A DNA stretch of 64,000 nt, taken from contig NC_043000.1 in NCBI RefSeq assembly GCF_006345805.1, forward strand, positions 116,312,001-116,376,000. The letters are read 5' to 3'. The position numbers and the translations under genes are program-made. The notes below the pieces were generated by a model. It searched no databases and was not told the origin of the DNA. It worked only from the letters and a program-made list of their open reading frames with translations. Of this stretch, positions 38,161 through 52,743 are shown one piece after another. How positions within the stretch are numbered: position 1 is the stretch's first letter; each line of letters begins with the position of its first letter. The stretch is from Octopus sinensis (lineage: Eukaryota).

Positions 38161-38756
38161 TAGTTGGACTGGAGCAAGACTGGAGCAACATGAAATGAAA
38201 TGCCTATATCAAAGACTCAACGCGCTGCTTGATATCTTACGATCGTGTGCCGCATGCCCCTAACCAGTAAGACACACACCTTCCCCGTATATACAAATAC
38301 GTATATATTTAAGCAGAGGCACGCATATACATACACACTACCGCATATCTACACCCATATACATTTTCATAACCACGTATATAGGTAGCTTCACCTTCTG
38401 ACAAGCATAGGCAAAAAATATAATCCATTCATTCATTACTAACAATTCCACGCGTAAAATATGATACCTTATGATGCCTAGTGTATAAAACATATAACTA
38501 TCCAATTAAAGGACATATACAAATAAACACGGGACTTATATATCGGTAAAGAGGTGATTCACAACCTGGGAAGCTTTATCAATACAATTTGAGTTATGCA
38601 CACATCTAGCAAGGCTACAAGTATTGAATTGCGATATCCACTTACCGGATACAATTATACAACACACGCAAACATCATAACGGTACTATACATGCACTAT
38701 ATTAGTTGGTAGGCGATATGGTATCAATTTTGATAAATTAGCATAAATAGTCGCAA

Positions 38757-39135
38757 GCATAGTTGGGTGGTGAAGAAGCTCATATTGCAACCACGCACCT
38801 TCGGGTTCAGTCCCACTGCGCGGCACCTTATGCAAGTGTCTGTTACTATAGCTCGCGCCGGCCAGTAAATTCTGAGTGAATTTGACGGATGGAAACTACG
38901 TGGCAACCTACTCTGTGTGTGTATACGTGTGCGTATTTGTACATACACATACATACATACACACATATATATATATAATTGTGTATGCGTGTGTGTGTGT
39001 GTTAGTACCTTGTCACATGTCACCTTTCGATATCTGGTCTTTGTTTACGCTTTCATGACCTAGCGGTTCGTACAGACGCATCAAGGTTATAAGCACCGGA
39101 ATTGATTTGTTCGACTAAAGCCTCCAATGAATGAA
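38757..39135 (+). mobile_element. SINE B (diverged)
   Basis: Family head, core and tail all recognisable. Confidence 0.72.
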
Positions 39136-39620
39136 ATCAGAAAAAGAGATAGATAAGAAAGTAATAATAAAGTGAAACACAGATAAAAATCAAATCATTC
39201 TACTGTTAGTAGCAAGAGAAACTCGCGGGAATATTAGTCCAGCATGGCCTGGATCTTAAGTGGAATATAACAGAATTCAGTCAAGCCGTTCATGTTAGAA
39301 CATACATATGTTTACTTAATAAATTTAAGGTATTGACAAGATCACTCATAAAGAATATTTATATACATATAGATATTAATATAACAGCCTCGGATTGAAA
39401 ACATGAAAAGATATATCGATTATTACTTGCTTCATGGTACTACATCCCATGTGTGTATGATTCGGTTCAACTCAATATTTTCACAGTCCTTACGATTAAA
39501 ATGATAGAGAGAGAGTTTATGTCTGTTCAGGTGTATATTCAATTAGTTTTTGAAGGCCTATTCATATTCATGTTTACAGTAAATTACCGAATCGTTTCGT
39601 ATGTGTAATCTCTATATATA

Positions 39621-39853
39621 CCTACTTCTTTACTACCCACAAAGGGCTAAACACAGAAGGGACAAACGAGGACAGGCAAACGGGTCAAGTCGATTACATC
39701 GACCCCAGTGCGTAACTGGTACTTATTTAATCGACCCCGAAAGGATGAAAGGCAAAGTCGAGCTCAGCGGAATTTGAACTCAGAACGTAACGGCAGACGA
39801 AATACGGCTACGCATTTCGCCCGGCGTGCTAACCTTTTTGCCAGCTCGCCACC
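39621..39853 (-). mobile_element. SINE A, long-tail form
   Basis: Near-consensus full copy. Confidence 0.9.
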
Positions 39854-40221
39854 TTTAATCTCTCTCTATATATATATAAACGGCAAAATGTCTGTGTGTG
39901 TGTGTGTGTGTTACCCGTATATTAATAAAACACTTTTTTCCTGGATGTAAAAAAAAACCCAACAAAAGTCTTAACAAAATCTTTTCGTCGCTAGAAGGGG
40001 ACTTAACTCCTGTTTGCAAAAATTAGTGATTTCTCCGGCTTGAAAATTGTTAAAAGTTTTGGTTGAAAATTTATTTTTACTGCTATTCGCTTCTGCCTCT
40101 GGAAAAAATAAGTTGACGAAAATACAGCTAGGGTTCATGACGAATGTTCTCCTAAAATTGGAGCGACATGCGTGCTAATTTGCAGACGTGCATAAATTAT
40201 ATTCACGTACGCGCACACACA

Positions 40222-40271
<50 letters not shown>

Positions 40272-40929
40272 CCTGCCTTTTATATATACAGATAATGTAC
40301 AAGTAAGAGTTAAACAATAAAAATGAAATAAAGCGATATCTACTGATGCACAAAGATATACGTGCTGCATTTGTTATCAGCAACTTGGTGCTGGTTCTTA
40401 ATAATTTTGAACTTAGAGAACATTTTCTAATATCGAATAACATTTTACGCTGTGTGAAATTATTCAAAACATAAAGTTTAGGCGTATTGTCTGTTATTTA
40501 CAAAAGCTTTCTCCTCCTATTCTCCAATATTACTTGTTGAATATAACTGCTACCGCGTCGAGGAGGATGCGAAGTTGATTACAAGTATATTGAAGCATAT
40601 TTACGGCTTAAATATATTTTGACTGTTTTAATTATTTATTGACCCCTAAGCCACTTGATTTCTACAATATATTTGTTCGATGGATTTATTTAATAAGGAG
40701 TTTACCGAGGTCAAGTTCATGTCTGTTATATGTACTTTAAGCTGATAATAATGGCTGGCGTATGAATGTGCATGCGTGCATGTGTGGCTAAGCATATTTG
40801 TACATGACTGTATATATGAGTGCAACCCGATTTTTTGTATATCCGAAATATTTTCCCACTTTACTCTCGCTCTCTCCGTCTCCCTGTCTTTATATATCCA
40901 TATACACACTCCAACATTTATATATATAT

Positions 40930-41002
<73 letters not shown>

Positions 41003-41003
41003 C

Positions 41004-41246
41004 TAATAAAAGGGTTCAGCAAAGATTTGCTTCACCACACACCGAAGTTTAGAAATAGCAGCCCAAAATCTTAGCTATTTCTTCTACTTAAAAGGGGTCT
41101 CCCAGAGAAACCAAAATACATGAATTTGGTATTCTGGTTTCTCTGGGAGACCCCTTTTTGAAGTAGAAGAAATAGCTAAGATTTTTGGCTGCTATTTCTA
41201 AACTTCGGTGTGTGGTGAAGCAAATCTTTGCTGAACCCTTTTATTA
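41004..41246. repeat. Near-perfect 243-bp palindrome (fold-back MITE-like)
   Basis: Arms of about 116 bp (TAATAAAAGGGTTCAGC...CCAAAATAC) around a 9-nt loop, few mismatches. Confidence 0.9.
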
Positions 41247-41769
41247 TTATTACTTAAGTTTACCGTTGAAATGGTCCTTTTTCATACCGAATTCTACTTG
41301 GTGAAATTATTGATTACTTGTTAATTAATTAATTTTACCCTTTGTTATTATTGATATATATATATATACACCAAGTCTCACCGTGTTCAAATTCCACCCC
41401 TAGATACACTTGACTATTTGTCCAACATAGTTCTCGTTAATCAGAGCCCCATTGGCTCAATATAACGTTGTTGATATCATACAAATTTAGAAGTTTGGTG
41501 AAATAATTATTTTTCTTTTTTGCTTTGGGTTTTTTTAAAATTTTCTTTGGGATTGGTGAAACGTCAACCAGATGAACCTATGAATTATAGCGTGTAAATA
41601 TTTGGTATAAATATGACAGAAATCCTAGTATATATTTCGGATATACAAAGCAATCTTTCGAATTTTTCTACTCATTTAGAAACTTTATAATCATTATGAA
41701 TAATTTTATATTTTTGACGTCATTAGAATTTAGAAAGTTCGGAAGAGCGAGAAATATTTTTTTTACAAG

Positions 41770-42745
41770 TGTAGGATCTCGATTCTTTGTTCACTAAACA
41801 AAGGAGAACATGATTCTTACAACTTGATCAACTGTCTTCTACTACAGCGCCGGGCCGCGAAGTTTTTTTTTCCAACGAGAGTTCCGGACTCCAGTAATGA
41901 ACTCATTTGCATACAGTGAATCAGAACGGAACCGCCTTTATCCTTTCTTCCTTTCTTGTTAGCACCGTGCATTCCCTACTCTTTCCCTCTCTACAGGCAG
42001 ACAACAACCTTTTAGTCAATATAGAAAACAAATTTCGCTACCACTACAAGTACTATTTCTCTAATTGTACAGTTTCTGGGAAAAAATTAAATAACTCCAG
42101 CAATTCTGTTTGGGCAAGTATATTTATTGAGCCAGTGTCGGAGTAACTAGCTAATCATGCAAGGATCAACACCAAGAAGGGAGAAATATTATTTAGATAT
42201 ATTTATTCGTTCTCCGATAGGTAGAGGACGGACAAGTTACTGTATGCCAGTAGGGAGAGAAAGAGTAAGGAATGCACGGTGCTGACTAGAAATGAAGAAA
42301 GAATAAAGATGGCTCTGCTCTGATTGGCTGTAAGCAAATGAGTCTATAACTGGGGTCCAGAAAAATTCGCCGCCGGGCCGAACAAAGCATTGTGAGTGGA
42401 TTTTGTTGTTGAAAACTGGAAGAAGCCCCACGTATATACATGTGTGTGTGAGCGTGCGTGGGGGTGAGCATGTGCGCGATCACGTGTGTGAGAGTATGTG
42501 TCTTAGTGCTTCTGTTTGCTTCGCCACGCTTTGTAATACATATCAGTTTGTATATGTCTTAGGGCTTGAGAAAAAAATACAAATGAATTAACAAACACAA
42601 AGAGTAAAATAAAAAGAAATGGAAACCGTACCACAAATAATAAAAATAAGTACTGATTTCGATCTATTCGACTTAACCTCTTCAAATCCGTGCCCCAGCA
42701 TAGCCGCAGTCCAATGAGTCATACAATTAAATGATGAAACAATTC
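41770..42745 (+). mobile_element. SINE B (diverged) split by a MITE
   Basis: TGTCTTCTACTACAGCGCCGGGCC resumes after the insertion as GAACAAAGCATTGTGAGTGG. Confidence 0.68.
41857..42370. mobile_element. MITE with long TIRs and 9-bp TSD (Mutator-like)
   Basis: Imperfect TIRs of about 140 bp (GCGAA..GGACTCCAGT..TCATTTGCATACAG..GCACCGTGCATTCC). TSD CGCCGGGCC at 41848-41856 and 42371-42379. Confidence 0.82.
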
Positions 42746-44404
42746 TAAACATGTATAATAAAATCTCCATCCCCTCTCATTTGGCAAAATTTATATCCTC
42801 TATCTCAGTTCAGAATTCTTAATCATTAAAACAACATATTTTAGATATTTCTACAGAAAACTCTTTCTTATTTAATAAGAATCAAATCCTTTACAAGGCC
42901 AATAATATCGATTCATTCTTTAGTGTATATTTTAAATACTTGGCAATAACATATAAAACAGAGATGAAGATAAAATATTGCAATTTAATTTCATTTTATA
43001 ATACATCTTTCTTCCAAATAAAAACCACTTAAGATACTTTATTACATAGAATTAATAAATTCGATTGAGATTCTTAATGCTAGTAAACAATGATTACAAA
43101 ATATGAAGATTAAAAGTCAAGCTTCTCTTGTACGCCAGGATTCTGTTACAGAGAATTAATCCTTATTATTGTGTTTCGGCATAATTATAAACAATCATTG
43201 CAAAACATAAGGACTGAAAAATATTTATCACTTGTTAATGGTTTCTTAAAAGCAATACCAAAATATTTTCTATGTCGATGTTAAAGTATATGCGAAAAAA
43301 CAATGTTTGTTTTCCATTCTTTTCTATATTTGATGAAACTGTAACAGTCGATCAATGACCCTTTCTACATCGGATGCCTTCAGTGACAATCAGCCAAGAT
43401 ATTTTGTTGTGCCTAGGTAGGGTCATTATGCCAATAAGAATTTAAACGCACGCGCTGGTTCAATACCGCTTCTTTCTTTTACTAAAGGACTATTCAATAG
43501 TTTGTTTAATACAGAAATGCTCTTGCTACTGGATAAATATCAGCAATTCCATAGTATTTGTAGATTTTACATAAATAGATAAATGGAAGAAAATGTAACA
43601 AACAACGTTCTCTTGTATATTTTATTTAAAATCACTATAGTTGTTTGGGAACATGCTTACAATCTATTCATAGCCCTTTCGTCCCTAATCCTGGCCTTCT
43701 TAAAGGTTCATGAAACGATAGAGAAGTCTTATTTTCTATCAATGGAATGGAATGATAATTAAACCTGTTGTCATGATCTTTCTATCAAAAATGCAAAACA
43801 AAACATTATTTCCATTATTACTGAAAATCCTGCTTTTTTTCTTTAAAATCGATTTCAAATATTCTAAATTTGGATCTGAATTTAAAAATTTAGATGAATC
43901 TAATATTATAAAATCTAATATGGATCATACTACAGTGATTTTGTTGAATAACTTTTTCGAAAACTCATGAATAAATGTGTAATATTATTCCGTTCATTCA
44001 GTTGAATCTTAATAGAATGTTCGAGAAAAATTACTAAACATACAAACTCTCAGAAAAGTACTTTTATACTGCACATATTGTGACCTCAGTTGTAGTGCTT
44101 GCTTTTCTACTTGAGTGAAGATTTTATCGAATATTGATACTCTGTACACCCAATTTAAGTTTATATATATATATAATATATATATATATATATTTATATC
44201 TTCAAGAATATGCGAAGTATACACTCACACCACACACACAATATATATATATACATCTAAGTGTGTGTGTGCCTGTTACTGTGCATGTATGTATTTATGT
44301 ACATGTGTAATTATATCTATCTCTACATATATATATCTATATGTTTATACGTACACATACATGTATATATAAGTATACACACGAGCGCGCGCGAACACAC
44401 ACAC

Positions 44405-44441
<37 letters not shown>

Positions 44442-44734
44442 TACACACAAACACACATGAGCAGCAACACACACACACATATATATTTACCATAGTAATA
44501 ATGATGCTACTCTTCATGAAATGTGTGCTCCAAAGCTTTTTTCTGTATACAAAATTTACATATATAAATTTGGTCTACTTACCACTATTGAGTGTAACGA
44601 TTTGTTAATAATTCAAGTTTTAAATTCTGTATATTAAACACATACTCACCAACGTACACGCACGTATTTGATATACATATATACATACTTACATACATAT
44701 AGATATATATATACGTATATAAAAGCAAAGATTA

Positions 44735-44887
44735 GTTAAAATTATGTTTGTAGCATATTTCAACTGCTAAAAGGAAAATTCACTACAGCGACCGGGGAGA
44801 CAAAAAAATTATCTCCAAGGTATTTTCACGGTAACTGCAGAGAATTTTGCTTTTAGCAGTTGTAATACGTCACAAATATGATTTAAC
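44735..44887. repeat. Diverged fold-back MITE-like inverted repeat
   Basis: GTTAAA..CAACTGCTAAAAGGAAAATTC versus GAATTTTGCTTTTAGCAGTTG..TTTAAC. Confidence 0.7.
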
Positions 44888-44926
44888 TTACTTAAACTTT
44901 GCTGAAGCCTAAACACTGCTTGGTTG

Positions 44927-44997
<71 letters not shown>

Positions 44998-45099
44998 AAA
45001 AGGAAAATACGCACACTTACATAGTTTTAATATAATGTTTAATATATCGACCGGTTTCCCTATCGCTATTCATGATATTATGTTTTACTTTTTTGAATA

Positions 45100-45147
<48 letters not shown>

Positions 45148-45811
45148 ATATTATTTTAATTTATTTTTATTTTATCTTGTTTCAGCTCACGAGCTGTGGC
45201 CATGCTGCAGTCATACATATAATGTTTAAATAAGCTTAAGAAAGATTTATTTAAACATTATATAAGTCCTTCACAAGCTCCTAGGCGCAGTTTACACATT
45301 AGATAAATGTTAACGATTGCACAACATCTCATTAATGTACTACGACTGTAAATATATGCCGAAACGATCGTAGTGATTTAAAACAAAGAACGTGTTCTAT
45401 CATTCATCCATTTATATAAACTCTACAGATACTATGCAACTCCTGATGTATAACCTGTAACAAAAGCTTTTCCGCTATATGATGACATCAGGTAACAGAT
45501 AACACTGGCCGAACTTAATACAAGGGTTTTACTCGCTTATTGGTTGGCGACCTAGCGAAATCGTTAGAGCGACGGAATAAAAAGCGATCTGGCATTTTTG
45601 CTGTCTCAGGTGCAAATCCTGCAATTGTTGTCTTCGCCATTGCTTCAGTTTAGGCGTAGAAATTGCTGTGTGGTAAGAAGCTTGCTTCCCAACCACATCG
45701 TTGTTTCCCCCATTAATCATCGTTTTCATTTCATATAACATTATGTCTATGTCCAGCTCGCAGCTTCCTTTCTCTGGTTCACTTTTTCATCCTGCTGTAG
45801 ACTATTGCTGT

Positions 45812-46215
45812 AGGTAGAGTGGCTGTGTGGTAAAAAGCTTGTTTCCCAACCACATGGTTCCAGGTTCTGTCCCAATGAAATGCACCGTGGGCAAAGCCTT
45901 GTAAGTGGAATGAGTAGAAAAAACTAATAAAGGCCTACTGTATATACGTATACATACATACAAACATATATACATACATACATATACATATTTGTGTGTG
46001 TGTGTTTTTGTGTCTCTATTTGTCCTCCGCCACCGCCTGACACCCGGTTCTGGGGTGTTTACGTCCTTGTACCTTTGTGTTTCTGCGAAAGAACCGATGA
46101 AATAAGTACGCGGCTTTACAAAAATAAATACTGGGGTCGATACATTCCACTAAAAGTCATTCTAGGCGGTGCCCCAGTCTGGCCACGTCCTAGTTACTGA
46201 AACAAGTAAAAGAAA
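45812..46215 (+). mobile_element. SINE B
   Basis: Full copy, with an extra head fragment at about 45650-45710. Confidence 0.8.
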
Positions 46216-46404
46216 AAGTCACACACACACATGCGCGCACACGCACATATATAGTTTTGGTTGGCAGCGAGTACCTTATCAGAATTTGTGACTCATTTCA
46301 AGTGCAAAAATCTTCACCAAACCCTTGTTAGAATATCGGTCTAAATGGATTCAGGACAGGCTAGTTACTGCTTGCATCGATTCGTATAAAATGTAATATT
46401 TATT

Positions 46405-46618
46405 TCTTTATTGCCCGCAGGGTGCGAAACATAGACAGGAGTACAAGGACAGACAAAGAGATTAAGTCGATTACATCGACCCCAGTGCGTAACTGGCACT
46501 TATTTAATCGACCCCGAAAGGATGAAAGGCAAAGTCGACCTCGGCGGAATTTGAACTCAGAACGTAATGGCAGACGAAATACCGCTCAGCATTTCGCCAG
46601 GCGTGCTAACGTTTCTGA
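46405..46618 (-). mobile_element. SINE A, long-tail form
   Basis: Near-consensus copy. Confidence 0.88.
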
Positions 46619-47158
46619 AGTCAAACCCAGCAATTATATTTCGAGAGCATTTAATATATTCCTTTTAAAACACATGTCCATGGTGCCACATAATGGGACT
46701 GAACCTGAATCCGACTGGTTCCGTAGCCATGGCTGCGTCAGTTTGTTATTAAATCTCAGATGCGGCCATATTTAAAGATGTGCTGTACGAGTCATCCTTT
46801 CTGAGGAAATGTTACATTCATAAGAATGAAAACAATAAATGCCTTCCCTTGAAGACCGGTCTTTCTCAAATCATATAAGGTGGTCATCTTATTTAGCATA
46901 TCAGGAATATTTCCTTGCTAAAAGGCTACCTGTAAGTCAATAGGAAACCACTATTTCCAGATTTTCACTTAAATTCCTTTAAAGAGTGTGCTATCCGCCT
47001 CGGTGATCAACAGTACGTTTCTAATGTATGTGTGTGTGTGTGTAAAGAACAAGAGGAGAGAATGAATGAGAGACAGAAATGTGTGGGGTATATGTATATA
47101 TAAATGTATATATACATATGTGCATATACACATATATGCATGCATATATATATATACA

Positions 47159-47217
<59 letters not shown>

Positions 47218-47355
47218 CATACATACACACATACACACACATACATACATACAGACATACATTTATATATATTCTTTCCCCTTGAATTTTAGTATATTTT
47301 CTTACTTTCCCCTTAGTGTAATTTCTATTTTCTTTTTGTAACATATTTCTATTAT

Positions 47356-47419
<64 letters not shown>

Positions 47420-47479
47420 GGTTAATCCAAACGGGAAAACAGAAAAAACAACAACACGTGGAACAATTACAGTATTATT

Positions 47480-47570
47480 ATTATTAGGCGCTCAGGAAAA
47501 TGGAAGAAGGAGGGTATGACGTTTCGAGCGGAGCTCTTCGTCGGAAACATAAGAGAAGGAAGAAAGAAGA
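47480..47570 (-). mobile_element. Penelope-like terminal-repeat remnant with variant hammerhead
   Basis: Minus strand GTTT-CCGACGA-A-GAGC(TCC)GCTC-GAAACGTC. Confidence 0.45.
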
Positions 47571-47635
47571 AAGTAAGATCCCGATGTGGGCGAACAGAGG
47601 GAAAAAAACGCGATATATATATATATATATATATA

Positions 47636-47675
<40 letters not shown>

Positions 47676-48029
47676 TCGATACGCATTGTCACATATTCTT
47701 TAATTTCATGTTATACTCTTATTTTATTATTCTCTTTTGTCGGCATTGTGTACCGTTTTTATTCAAAGTAATTTCTTATAACCTTTTGTTAAAGCTGAAC
47801 GATATTCAATACGCTTGGCTTAGAACATTATCGACTTGATTTATTGACTAGAATTATCCATTGAAATACCTCTTAGTACTAAAGAGTTTTAGATAATCGA
47901 ATGCCCGTCGCTACACATCTGTTTGCATAAGTGGAAAATATATGATTTCAAAATAAAAAAAAAAAACCTTAGCTTATTACGCTTATAAATAATTTCTCCG
48001 ATAATCTGCAAGAATCTATGTCAAGTCTT

Positions 48030-48650
48030 TGCTGAGACATATGTATGTATGTATGTATTTATGCATGCATGCATGCATGCATGCATACATACATACATAC
48101 ATACATACATGCATGCATGCATGCATGCATGCATACATACATTCATACATATATACAACATACATACATATATGCATACATGCATACATATATGCATACA
48201 TGCATACATATATGCATACATACATACATACATACATACATACATGCATGCATGCATGCATACATACATACATACATACATACATACATACATGCATGCA
48301 TGCATACATACATACATACATACATACATACGTACATACATACATATGCATACATACATTCATACATATATACAACATACATACATATATGCATACATGC
48401 ATACATATATGCATACATGCATACATATATGCATACATACAAACATACATACATACGTACATGCATACATGCATACATACATTCACACATACATACGTAC
48501 ATACATACGTACATACATGCATACATACATATATGCATACATACATACGTACATACATACATATATGCATACATACATACGTACATACATATATACATAC
48601 TTACATACATACATAGAAACGTACATACATACATATATACATACATAGGT
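48030..48650. repeat. (TACA)/(TGCA) compound microsatellite with about 217-bp internal duplication
   Basis: CATTCATACATATATACAACATAC occurs twice (about 48140 and 48357). Confidence 0.9.
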
Positions 48651-49834
48651 TTGATAATACAAACAGAAAAAGTAGGACTCGAAATATGAGCATATGCTTT
48701 CTTCATTTACTTGTTTGGTCATTTGACTGTGGCCATGCTGTTGCTTTTACTATATACATATATATGTTTGTGGGGTGAGTATATGCAGCGTGTGTGCATG
48801 TGTGCATTTTTATGTATATATTGATCTCCACTTAAAACTGGGCGTTTTGTTAGAACATAGATTTCTGCGATAGTTACTATGAGGGAATGTCTCATATGGG
48901 CTTTTGGTACATATAAAAAATCTTGTTTACATCGCTAACTAGAGTTGTACAGGTTCTAATGCAAGACTAGAATATTCTTTAAGACATTATAAACGAAAGG
49001 CTCCAATTCCGTCTTCTAAGTTGCTCCTTTAATCAGCTGATAAACCGAACCTGCTTTTGTCATGAAATATTCGGTGAAATTTTGTTAGAAATATGAAATG
49101 AAAATTCGAAAAAAGCGTTTATTTTTATGTTCTTTTGTTTTAGAAAACAAAAAAGAAACCTTGTGAGCGACAAATGCAAAAATAGTTGCTTCAAGTTCAT
49201 GTATTTGATTTCCTTTCAGGTTCTTGTGAGAATATTCCATATGTCTTGAACGAAGTAATTCTCTTAATTTTCCTTGTGAAATTCCGTTGCCGTTTCAGTA
49301 AATTTTTAAAATGTTCCTTTTAAGTAATACGTTTAAGAAATAGTTTCAATTAATATTTTTATATCAATAGTTTTAAAATCAATGAATATTTTTGAGCATG
49401 TGCACTTTGCTCGCATCCCCGCAGACATATATGTACGCATTTATGCACAGTCATGCGTACATATATTACATAATTATATATGCTTACAAACATACACACA
49501 TATGCACACGCTTATATTAAAAAAAACACGTACATGGACAAGTAACCACACGTACAAAAAAAATTTAACCAAAATCTTTTTGTTTCCGAAGAATGAGGCT
49601 CGTATTAATGTAGGAGATACTTAATAGCATGTATACAAAGCGATAAAACTTCTGTTTTGTTCAGCGTGTTATTAACTAGACTAAAAATATTTCGTTCAAA
49701 CAATGGCCAGTTTGCATTTTTTATTTAAAGCTAAAGTTTCTCTATGATTGCGCCCTATCTACAATCGAACGTGAGATTTTTAATTCGTGAGGAATTGACT
49801 CACACGAGAACAAATGAATACTTATAAAGATGTA

Positions 49835-50119
49835 TTGTGTCTCGGGAGAGTCATTCTCTTTTGGTGCCTTATAATTTAAGACACTCACCGGTAAAGTTTC
49901 TTTTTAATTCTTTTTTATTTAAAAAATTTTTCTATAATTTTCGTTGCATCTTTCAACCCTTTCAATAGTTTAGAATGAAAACTATTGAAAAGCTTGCAAG
50001 AGGCAACGAAAATTTAAAAAAAAGTAAAAAAAAAAGAAGAAAAAAAATTAGTGGAAATCTTACCGGTGTGTGTGTTAAATTATAAGGTACCAAAAGAGAA
50101 TGACTCTCCCCAGACACAA
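49835..50119. repeat. Fold-back MITE-like inverted repeat (about 285 bp)
   Basis: TTGTGTCTCGGGAGAGTCATTCTCTTTTGG..CACCGGTAA mirrored at the right end, with a central TTTCAATAGTT/AACTATTGAAA stem and a 9-nt loop. Confidence 0.82.
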
Positions 50120-50364
50120 CAGAATATGTTTCAACACACGAACACACAAAGAATTTTGCAAAGCAAATCCAAAAACGAAATATAAAGATCTGCTTTTAGA
50201 AATAAATAAATACATATAGCATATATATATATATATATATATATATACAAAAAGATAAGCAATAGGATATCATGTAGTGATGCAGTAGGACCCTTTCAGG
50301 CACACGTATGTTCACACATGGATATACATACATTATATTGTAATAAACACATATGTATTATATA

Positions 50365-50718
50365 GGCGCAGATGTGGCTGTGTAGTAAGAACTTACATCC
50401 CAACCAATTGGTTTCGGTTCAATCCCACTACGTGGCACCTTGGGCAGGTGTCTTCTACTATAGCCTCGGACCGACCGAAATCTAGTAAGTGAACTTGGAT
50501 GGCGGAAACTGAAAGAAGCACGTCGTATATATTTATCTATCTCTGTTTCACAACCGATATTGGTATGTTTATGTACCAGTAATTTAGCAGTTCGGCGAAA
50601 GAGACCGATAGAATCGGTACATAGGTTATAAAGAATAAGACCTTGGGTCGATTTTTTCGACTTAAAGCGGTGCTCAAGCATGGCTGCAGTCAGATGAGAG
50701 AAAGAAACAAAAGAATAA
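50365..50718 (+). mobile_element. SINE B
   Basis: Full copy. Confidence 0.85.
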
Positions 50719-51597
50719 ATGAAATATATATGTGTGTGTGTGTTTGTGCATTGGTAGTTTTCACTCTATGTTGACTATAGAAAATACTCTAATATTGGGG
50801 CATATTTACCTACTAGTGGAGAAACATGGTCGTTAGAAGGTTGAGAATCGAACCCACACCTTCTATTTTCTTGATAAGTGTGCTGGACGATTACATCAGG
50901 ACGGATACACATCCTTTTTTAAGTTAAGAAACGGTGACGAGTGAAACTTTTGGAAATATACTTTTAAGTTTTCAAGTTTATATATATATATATATGAACG
51001 TAAAAGTTCCGTGAATTTCCTACAGTAATTAATTTAATATTTAGTTTTAATGAACTGTCTCAATTCGTAAAATATATCTAATTCATATATTACAGGTTAT
51101 ATCATATTGTCGGTTTAAAAAAAAAACGAGAAATTGTTCAACATGATTACTGCCAACTAAAATTTACAAAATCTTCGTAATAGATGGAAAAAAATTCAAA
51201 ATCTAAAGTATGTGGATCTTGTCATTAGTAGTTTTTAATTTCAAATCTATAACCTTGTCTCGTGTCGTGATTGGATGGCTATCTCTGTTTTGCGCCCGTG
51301 GACGCAGACAGGCAGCCAGACACACAGATATACGCACACATTCACTCAACGGAATATATGTATAAATATACACTAAACACTCGCCGTATCGCCATCGCGC
51401 TTGATTATTCAAGCCGTATCGCCATCGCCCTTTATTATTTAAGCTTACATCGCTTCTTCGTGGTATTGTTTAGCATTTATTATATAATAAATATATACAA
51501 ATTATAAAAATAATGAACAAAATATACAATATAGTGCTGTTTCTACATTTTCACTTCTCTCGGGGATTTTGAAAAGTAACACCCGCGATAGTCGAGG

Positions 51598-51842
51598 GCA
51601 GACGAAATACCTATTTCTTTACTACCCACACGGGGCTAAACACAGAGAGGAGAAACAAGGACAGACAAACGGATTAAGTCGATTATATAGATCCCAGTGA
51701 TTTACTAGTACTTATTTAATCGACCCCGAAAGGATGAAAGGCAAAGTCGACCACGGCGGAATTTGAACTCAGAACGTAGCGGCAGACGAAATACGGCTAC
51801 GCATTTCGCCCGACGTGCTAACGTTTCTGCCAGCTCATCGCC
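51598..51842 (-). mobile_element. SINE A, long-tail form with the start of a second unit
   Basis: Ends in GACGAAATACCTATTTC, the reverse complement of the multimer junction. Confidence 0.88.
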
Positions 51843-52550
51843 TTTGATATGAAATATATTCACTTCTTTCCATGCCCGGAAGCAGATAATTTCTTTTTTG
51901 ATATATATCAGTATTGAGATATTCTCTTAATTTTAGTTATATATGGACTAAAGCACGACTACATGACATCGATGGATTTATGAAGCTGGCCTCAAAATAT
52001 ACCACAACGCAACAGCAAAAGTAATACCATCAAATTATATTTACTGAGAGAACATTAGGCAGTGACTGGTTAAGTAGCACACTATGAGACTGCTTTATTG
52101 GATTTGTTAAAACGAAAACTATGTAGATAACATCACCCTTGTTGGTCAGCTCATGATTTGTTCCTAAATCTTATACTCTATACTGTGGACTCCTTTAATC
52201 TTCATATTTTATTACATTTCGCAACGGCCTGGATCAAATTAGCTTCATATCGTTTCTAACTGCAACTAGTAATTTTTCAACCAAACTGCAACACAGTTTA
52301 TATACACGCCTCTGTACCATGTTATTGGTCAAATTAACATCAATTATAGAGAGATTCTTTCTTGGATAAATACTGGGCATTTTCCATCTCTTTGAACTTC
52401 CGATGGCCGCAAAAGAAAATTTTGCATAAAACATCTTCTACATCAAGTTTGTTCATCAATTTTGAGATAAATCTATGTTAGTGCAAAATCTTTGCGTAAC
52501 TACAAAGAAATTAATCATATTGAAACCATATATATATATATATATATATA

Positions 52551-52705
52551 GGTGTAGGAGTGGCTGTGTAGGAAGTAGCTTGCTTACGAACCACATGATT
52601 CCGGGTTCAGTGCCACTGCGTGGCCCCTTGGACAAGTGTCTTCTACTATAGCCTCGGGCCGACCAAAACCTTGTAGATGGAAACTGAAACTGAAAGTAGC
52701 CCGTC

Positions 52706-52707
<2 letters not shown>
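52551..52707 (+). mobile_element. SINE B 5' half
   Basis: Head and core, ending in (TA)n. Confidence 0.82.
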
Positions 52708-52743
<36 letters not shown>

